DNA of 64,000 nucleotides from an uncultured Hormoscilla sp. (GTDB lineage Bacteria; Cyanobacteriota; Cyanobacteriia; Cyanobacteriales; Desertifilaceae): NCBI GenBank assembly GCA_963921275.4, contig OZ001293.3, positions 4,896,001 to 4,960,000 of the forward strand, read 5' to 3'. Shown piece by piece: positions 58,503 to 64,000 of this stretch (position 1 is its first letter; each line of letters starts with the position of its first letter). The notes under the pieces were generated by a model. It saw only the letters and a program-made list of their open reading frames with translations, ran no database searches and was not told where the DNA came from. The position numbers and the translations under genes were made by a program.

Positions 58503-59699
58503 ATGGATACTAAAGCATTTACCCGTGCTCTGAAACAGTCAGAAAACTATCATCGTAAGGGATTTGGTCACGCCGAGGAAGTTGCTGGCGTGATGAACTC
58601 CGCTTATCAAAGCAATCTAATTAAGGAAATCCGGACTAATAATTATACCCTGTCTCGCGGCGATGTCACCATCCGCCTGGCGGAGGCATTTGGTTTTTGC
58701 TGGGGTGTGGAACGGGCGGTGGCGATGGCTTACGAAACCCGCCAGCACTTCCCCACGGAACGGATCTGGATCACTAACGAAATTATCCACAATCCCTCAG
58801 TTAACCAGGATCTGCGGGATATGCAGGTTGGGTTTATCCCTCTGTCGAAAGGCAAAAAGAACTTTTCTGTGGTTGACAAGGGTGATGTGGTGATTCTCCC
58901 CGCCTTTGGTGCTAGCGTCCAGGAAATGCAATTTCTGAATGATAAGGGTTGCAAAATTGTCGATACCACCTGTCCCTGGGTGACGAAGGTCTGGAATACG
59001 GTCGAGAAGCACAAGAAAAAGGCTTACACTTCTATAATTCACGGCAAGTATAAACATGAAGAGACTGTTGCTACCAGTTCCTTTGCAGATAAGTACTTGA
59101 TCGTACTGAATATGGCAGAAGCAGAATATGTCTGCGATTATATTCTTAATGGTGGCGACAAGCAAGAGTTCATGGCTAAATTCCATCGCGCCTCTTCGGC
59201 TGGCTTTGACCCCGATCGCGATTTAGAGCAGGTTGGCATTGCTAATCAGACTACCATGCTGAAGACCGAAACGGAGCAAATTGGCAAGCTGTTCGAGCGG
59301 ATGATAATGAAAAAGTACGGTCCGGAACATTTACATCTGCATTTCCAAAGCTTTAATACTATCTGCGATGCGACTCAAGAACGCCAAGATGCTATGTTGC
59401 TGTTGGTAGAAGAACAGTTGGATTTGATGGTGATTATCGGTGGGTTCAATTCTTCTAATACTACTCATCTGCAAGAAATGGCGATCGCCCGTAATATTCC
59501 TTCTTATCACATTGACAGTGTGGAGCGGATTTTACCGGGAAATCGCCTGGAACACAAACCTTTGCACGAGGATTTAGAAGTGAAAGAAAATTGGTTGCCA
59601 GAGGGCCAGATTATCGTCGGGGTCACTTCTGGTGCTTCTACTCCTGATAAAGTTGTCGCTAATGTGGTGGAGAAGATTTTTGCCCTGAAAGCTGCTTGA
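58503..59699 (+). CDS. ispH: 4-hydroxy-3-methylbut-2-enyl diphosphate reductase
   Basis: [43 protein letters not shown]. Confidence 0.97.
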   Translation: MDTKAFTRALKQSENYHRKGFGHAEEVAGVMNSAYQSNLIKEIRTNNYTLSRGDVTIRLAEAFGFCWGVERAVAMAYETRQHFPTERIWITNEIIHNPSVNQDLRDMQVGFIPLSKGKKNFSVVDKGDVVILPAFGASVQEMQFLNDKGCKIVDTTCPWVTKVWNTVEKHKKKAYTSIIHGKYKHEETVATSSFADKYLIVLNMAEAEYVCDYILNGGDKQEFMAKFHRASSAGFDPDRDLEQVGIANQTTMLKTETEQIGKLFERMIMKKYGPEHLHLHFQSFNTICDATQERQDAMLLLVEEQLDLMVIIGGFNSSNTTHLQEMAIARNIPSYHIDSVERILPGNRLEHKPLHEDLEVKENWLPEGQIIVGVTSGASTPDKVVANVVEKIFALKAA

Positions 59700-59999
59700 A
59701 GAGCGGCGATCGGTAATTATTAAGAAACCCGCTAAGAAACCCGGTTTTTCCCAAAAACCGAGTTTCTGGGCTGCTGATGAATAAGCAAAAAACCAGCTCG
59801 AACATGGTATAGCAATTTTCAATTATTCGTGAAAGTTTAGAAACCCGGTTTCGCAGTTTCTGGGCATCGTTTGCAAATCATTTATGCTTGCTATAGAGTT
59901 TGGTTTCGTTCCGAAACCAAACCTACAGGATGACATTTTTCATGCTCTTTGGTTTATAATAGGATTGTACCCAATATCGATTTGGGCGAGGAGAATAAA

Positions 60000-60905
60000 A
60001 TGAAAACAGACAGTCTGTTACATAACATATTTATCAAGTTACCATCGTTGTTTTTTGAACTGATCGGCCAGCCAGATATTAATCCTCAAGCCTATAAGTT
60101 TGACTCGGTGGAAGTCAAGCAAACAGGTTTTCGCATAGATGGGGTATTTGCCCCGGTGACAGCAGGTTCGGATCTAAAGGTTTATTTGTCTGAATTCCAG
60201 TTTTACTCAGATGAGAAATTTTATCGCCGCTTCTTTGCGGAAATATTTCTGTATTTGCGCCATCATGATGATGTTGAACGCTGGCAGGCAGTTGTTATCT
60301 ATCCCACAATAAAATTAAAGCCACAGGATACATTTGCCTATGAGGTATTGCTCTATAGTTGGCAAGTGCAGCGGATCTATTTAGATGAATTGTTGGCATC
60401 GATACCATCGGATGCGATCGAGGGCTCCCTGGGATTGAAAATGATGGAGTTGATTATAGAAAAGAAAGAAACAGCCATGGCCAGTGCGAAAAAATTGAAG
60501 GATCTGGTTTCCCGGGAAGTGGCATCGGGACAAACCGATCGGCAGATGTTAGAATTGATAGAGACGCTGGTGTCGTACAAATTGGCTACATTCACTAAGG
60601 AGGAGTTAAAAGCAATGATCTATACAGAGACAGAGTTCAAAGAGTCAAAGCTTTATCAAAGCATTAAAGAGGAATGCTTTGAAGAGGCTAAGCTGGAAGG
60701 TAAGCTGGAAGGTAAGCTGGAAGGTAAGCTGGAAGGTAAGCTGGAAGGTAAGCTGGAAGGTAAGCTGGAAGGTAAGCTGGAAGGTAAGCTGGAAGGTAAG
60801 CTGGAAGCTGTCAACGGGTTGCTGGCGCTGGGGTTGAGTGCAGAACAAGTGGCTGGGGTATTTGAACTGACGGTGGAACAAGTTCGGCAAGCGGCCAAAA
60901 GTTAG
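60000..60905 (+). CDS. Rpn family recombination-promoting nuclease / putative transposase (DUF2887-like)
   Basis: MKTDSL, FDSVEVKQTGFRIDGVF, EFQF; KLEG repeats; GLSAEQVA..LTVEQV tail. Confidence 0.9.
   Translation: MKTDSLLHNIFIKLPSLFFELIGQPDINPQAYKFDSVEVKQTGFRIDGVFAPVTAGSDLKVYLSEFQFYSDEKFYRRFFAEIFLYLRHHDDVERWQAVVIYPTIKLKPQDTFAYEVLLYSWQVQRIYLDELLASIPSDAIEGSLGLKMMELIIEKKETAMASAKKLKDLVSREVASGQTDRQMLELIETLVSYKLATFTKEELKAMIYTETEFKESKLYQSIKEECFEEAKLEGKLEGKLEGKLEGKLEGKLEGKLEGKLEGKLEGKLEAVNGLLALGLSAEQVAGVFELTVEQVRQAAKS
60690..60807 (+). repeat. 12-nt perfect tandem repeat encoding (KLEG)9
   Basis: AAGCTGGAAGGT x9 plus a partial copy. Confidence 0.97.
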
Positions 60906-61125
60906 TCTAATTGATCTCGGGCTAAGGCCCTCACGCCCTCGGTTCTCTCTGTGAGGGCATCTCACTTTTGAATGCGTAGGCTGGACTGCCAGCCTACATG
61001 TTATAGTTTTGTTAGTCAAGTAGAAGCACTATCCCTTGTTTCTGGTTCATCTTCACCAGAGATATCAATTTTATGACCAGAGAAACCCGGATCCACAGAC
61101 TCGCTAGGAGAAAATTAAATTCAAA

Positions 61126-61955
61126 ATGATTAGTCTTTTCGCTGGTGTTATCTATCGCCTGTTTTTCAGATTACCATCAGTTTTTTTGAAATCATAGGTC
61201 AGCCAGATGCCAAACAACGAGTAGATCGAGTAGACTCTACAGGAGACTATCTGGATACGCTATTTATCCCGATCGTCAAAGATGAGCAGGGTCTAATGGC
61301 TGATTTTGCCGAAGTCCAGTTTCACATAGACGATCGATTGTTCAATCGCTTCTTTGATTGGATGTTCCGGTATCTGCGCGATCGGGAGGATATCGAACGG
61401 TGGCACGCAGTTATCATCTATCCGACGCGGACCATAGAGACAAAATATAAATTGGCCCATGAGGTATTGCTCTCTAGTCCGCAAGTGCAGCGGATATATT
61501 TGGATGAGTTTTTTGCCTCATCACCATCTTCAGCAATATCGATCGAAGAATCTTTGGCATTGAAAATTTTGGAGTTAATCATAGAAAAAGAAGAAACAGT
61601 CCTTGCCAGTGCTAAGAATTTGATTGGGCGAGTTTCCCTGGAACTCGATGAGGATCTCGCTTGGGAAATGTTAAAATACATTGAGACGGTGGTGTCATGC
61701 AAGTTGAGGCTATTCGTCAAGAAGGATTTAGAGGCAATGCTTTATACAGAGACGGATGTAAAACCTCTTTTAAGTTTTGATGAATTTTTTAAACGGAAAA
61801 GGATTAAACAATGCAAGCAGGAAGCAATTGAAGAGGGCTTGCTGGAATTAGTACCCCGGTTGCTGACCCTGGGGTTGACTGTAGAAAAAGTGGCATGGGT
61901 GTTGAAACTGACGGTGGAACAGGTTCGGCAAGCTGCCCAAAGTCGGTATAATTGA
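61126..61955 (+). pseudogene. Second Rpn-family gene, frameshifted in a T7 run
   Basis: ATG 61126 ..RLPSV; one extra T at 61181-61187 would join it to ORF 61296-61955 (FAEVQF, WHAVIIYP, VQRIYLDE). Confidence 0.8.
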
Positions 61956-61975
61956 TGCTGGGCCAGAGTGCGATC

Positions 61976-62267
61976 GATCAACCTGACCAGATTCTTCTCC
62001 TCCCAGGGGTGGGAGGACGATCAACCTGACCAGATTCCTCTTCTCCTAGGCTAGGTTGATGATCAACCTGACCAGATTCCTCTCCCTCCTGGGGTGGGAA
62101 GACGATAAACCTGACCAGATTCCTCCCTCCAGGGGTGGGAGGACGATAAACCTGACCATATTCCTCTCACCCTAGGCTAGGTTGATGATCAACCTGACCA
62201 GATCTCTCTCCTTCCTGGGGTGGGAGGACGATAAACCTGAGCAGATTCCTCCCGGGGCTGGGAGGAT
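61976..62267. repeat. Seven-unit 41-43 nt structured repeat array
   Basis: GATMAACCTGACCAGATTC core at 61976, 62019, 62061, 62104, 62145, 62187 and 62230, each followed by a palindromic segment. Confidence 0.92.
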
Positions 62268-62353
62268 GGCGATCGGGCGGCATCCCATCTGGGCAAGGCT
62301 ACTGGCGATCGGTAACAAAATTCCACAGGGCATTAATGCTACTGCCGTTTAAT

Positions 62354-64000
62354 CTATTCTATGACAGCGGGGAGAACATCGGACTGATTTTTGCCCAAAT
62401 TGCCCAAGGCAAATGCTGCACTCCTACACACATCAGAATATTCATCCTTTAGCAGCTGAATTAGGCCCGAGACCACCTGTTCATCCCTGGCGCCCGATTT
62501 GCCCAAGGCTTCTGCTGCACGATTACACACCAAAGAATCTTCATCCTTTAGCAGCTGAACCAGGGCCGAGACCATTTTTTCATCCCTGGCGCCCAATTTG
62601 CCCAAGGCTTCTGCTGCACTCAAACGCACATAATACTCTTCATGCTTTAGCAGCTGAACCAGGCCCGAGACCACCTTTTTATCCCTGGCGCCCAATTTGA
62701 CCAAGGAATCTGCTGCATTATCACGCACATGATAATATTCATCCTTTAGCAGCTGAACCAGGGCCCAGACCACCTTTTCATTCTTGGCGCCCAATTTGCC
62801 CAAGGCTTCTGCTGCACTCAAACGCACATAATACTCTTCATGCTTTAGCAGCTGAACCAGGGCCGAGACCACCTTTTCATCCCTGGCGCCCAATTTGCCC
62901 AAGGCTTCTGCTGCACTCAAACGCACCCAAGAATCTTTATTCTTTAGCCACTGTTCATCCCTGGCGCCCCTGGCGTCTAATTTGCCCAAGGCTTCTGCTG
63001 CACTCCCACGCACAGAATAATCTTCATCCTTTAGCAGCTGAACCAGGGCCGAGACCACCTTTTCATCCCTGGCGCCCGATTTGCCCAAGGCTTCTGCTGC
63101 ACACAGAAAAAAATCATCCTCTAGCAGCTGAACCAGGGCCGAGACCACCTTTTCATCACTGGCGCCCAATTTGCCCAAGGCTTCTGCTGCACTCAAACGC
63201 ACATAATACTCTTCATGCTTTAGCAGCTGAACCAGGGCCGAGACCACCTTTTCATCACTGGCGCCCAATTCGACCAAGGCAAATGCTGCACGATTACACA
63301 CCAAAGAATCTTCATCTTCTAGCAGCTGAACCAGGACCGAGACCACCTTTTTATTCCTGGCGCCCGATTTGCCCAAGGTTTCTGCTGCACTCTCACGCAC
63401 AGAATAATCTTCATCCTTTAGCAGCTGAACCAGGGCCGAGACCACCTTTTCATCCCTGGCGCCCAAATTGATCAAGGCATCTGCTGCACTCCCACGCACA
63501 TGATAATATTCATCCTTTAGCAGCTGAACCAGGGCCGAGACCACCTTTTCATCCCTGGCGCCCAATTTGCCCAAGACTTTTGCTGCACTCCCACGCACCC
63601 AAGAATCTTCATCCTTTAGCAGCTGAACCAGGGCCGAGACCACCTTTTCATCCCTGGCGCCCAAATTGATCAAGGCTTTTGCTGCACTCTCACCCACCGG
63701 AGGATATTCATCCTTTAGCAGCTGAACCAGGGCCGAGACCACCTTTTCATCCCTGGCGCCCAATTTGATCAAGGCTTTTGCTGCACTCTCACGCACCGGA
63801 GGATATTCATCCTTTAGCAGCTGAACCAGGGCCGAGACCACCTTTTCATCCCTGGCGCCCAATTTGCCCAAGACTTTTGCTGCACTCTCACGGACAGAAT
63901 AATCTTCATACTTTAGCAGCTGAACCAGGGCCGAGACCACCTTTTCATCCCTGGCGCCCAAATTGATCAAGGCTTTTGCTGCACTCTCACGCACAAAATA
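62354..64000 (-). CDS. HEAT (PBS lyase-like) repeat protein, C-terminal part; start lies outside the window
   Basis: About 16 33-aa repeats VVSALVQLLKDExxxVRxSAAxALxxLGARDEK. Confidence 0.9.
   Translation of the reverse strand, partial: YFVRESAAKALINLGARDEKVVSALVQLLKYEDYSVRESAAKVLGKLGARDEKVVSALVQLLKDEYPPVRESAAKALIKLGARDEKVVSALVQLLKDEYPPVGESAAKALINLGARDEKVVSALVQLLKDEDSWVRGSAAKVLGKLGARDEKVVSALVQLLKDEYYHVRGSAADALINLGARDEKVVSALVQLLKDEDYSVRESAAETLGKSGARNKKVVSVLVQLLEDEDSLVCNRAAFALVELGASDEKVVSALVQLLKHEEYYVRLSAAEALGKLGASDEKVVSALVQLLEDDFFLCAAEALGKSGARDEKVVSALVQLLKDEDYSVRGSAAEALGKLDARGARDEQWLKNKDSWVRLSAAEALGKLGARDEKVVSALVQLLKHEEYYVRLSAAEALGKLGAKNEKVVWALVQLLKDEYYHVRDNAADSLVKLGARDKKVVSGLVQLLKHEEYYVRLSAAEALGKLGARDEKMVSALVQLLKDEDSLVCNRAAEALGKSGARDEQVVSGLIQLLKDEYSDVCRSAAFALGNLGKNQSDVLPAVIE

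Noticed and set aside
61976..62267. CRISPR array
   Set aside because: The intervening segments are short, related to each other and repeated; there is no leader or cas gene in the window. Reported as a structured repeat instead.

Overview
This window comes from a filamentous cyanobacterium. The many HIP1 (GCGATCGC) sites, the chlorophyll-binding antenna genes and an NtcA box support this, and the repeat families look Oscillatoriales-like. Housekeeping genes appear intact: a group-2 sigma factor, carB, pnp, SNF2/SWIM, tlyA, a DUF697 GTPase, ahcY, glcDEF, nagA, purE, amt and ispH. They are interleaved with many pseudogenes and mobile debris: a decayed three-gene isiA/pcb cluster, an ORF-less antisense group II intron, a nested group II intron/IS5/IS630 region, broken toxin-antitoxin pairs and MITEs. 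That load suggests a host-associated lineage with relaxed selection (inference only). The most notable signals are: (1) 15- and 24-nt elements inserted in-frame at CGAT^CG sites inside intact genes, including carB and glcE; (2) two copies of a 4.1-4.4 kb unit encoding secreted LRR proteins whose 72-nt repeats have a near-constant 51-nt framework and a hypervariable 21-nt segment; (3) a 7-unit structured repeat array downstream of tandem rpn genes; (4) inactivation of all three iron-stress antenna genes by three different mechanisms.
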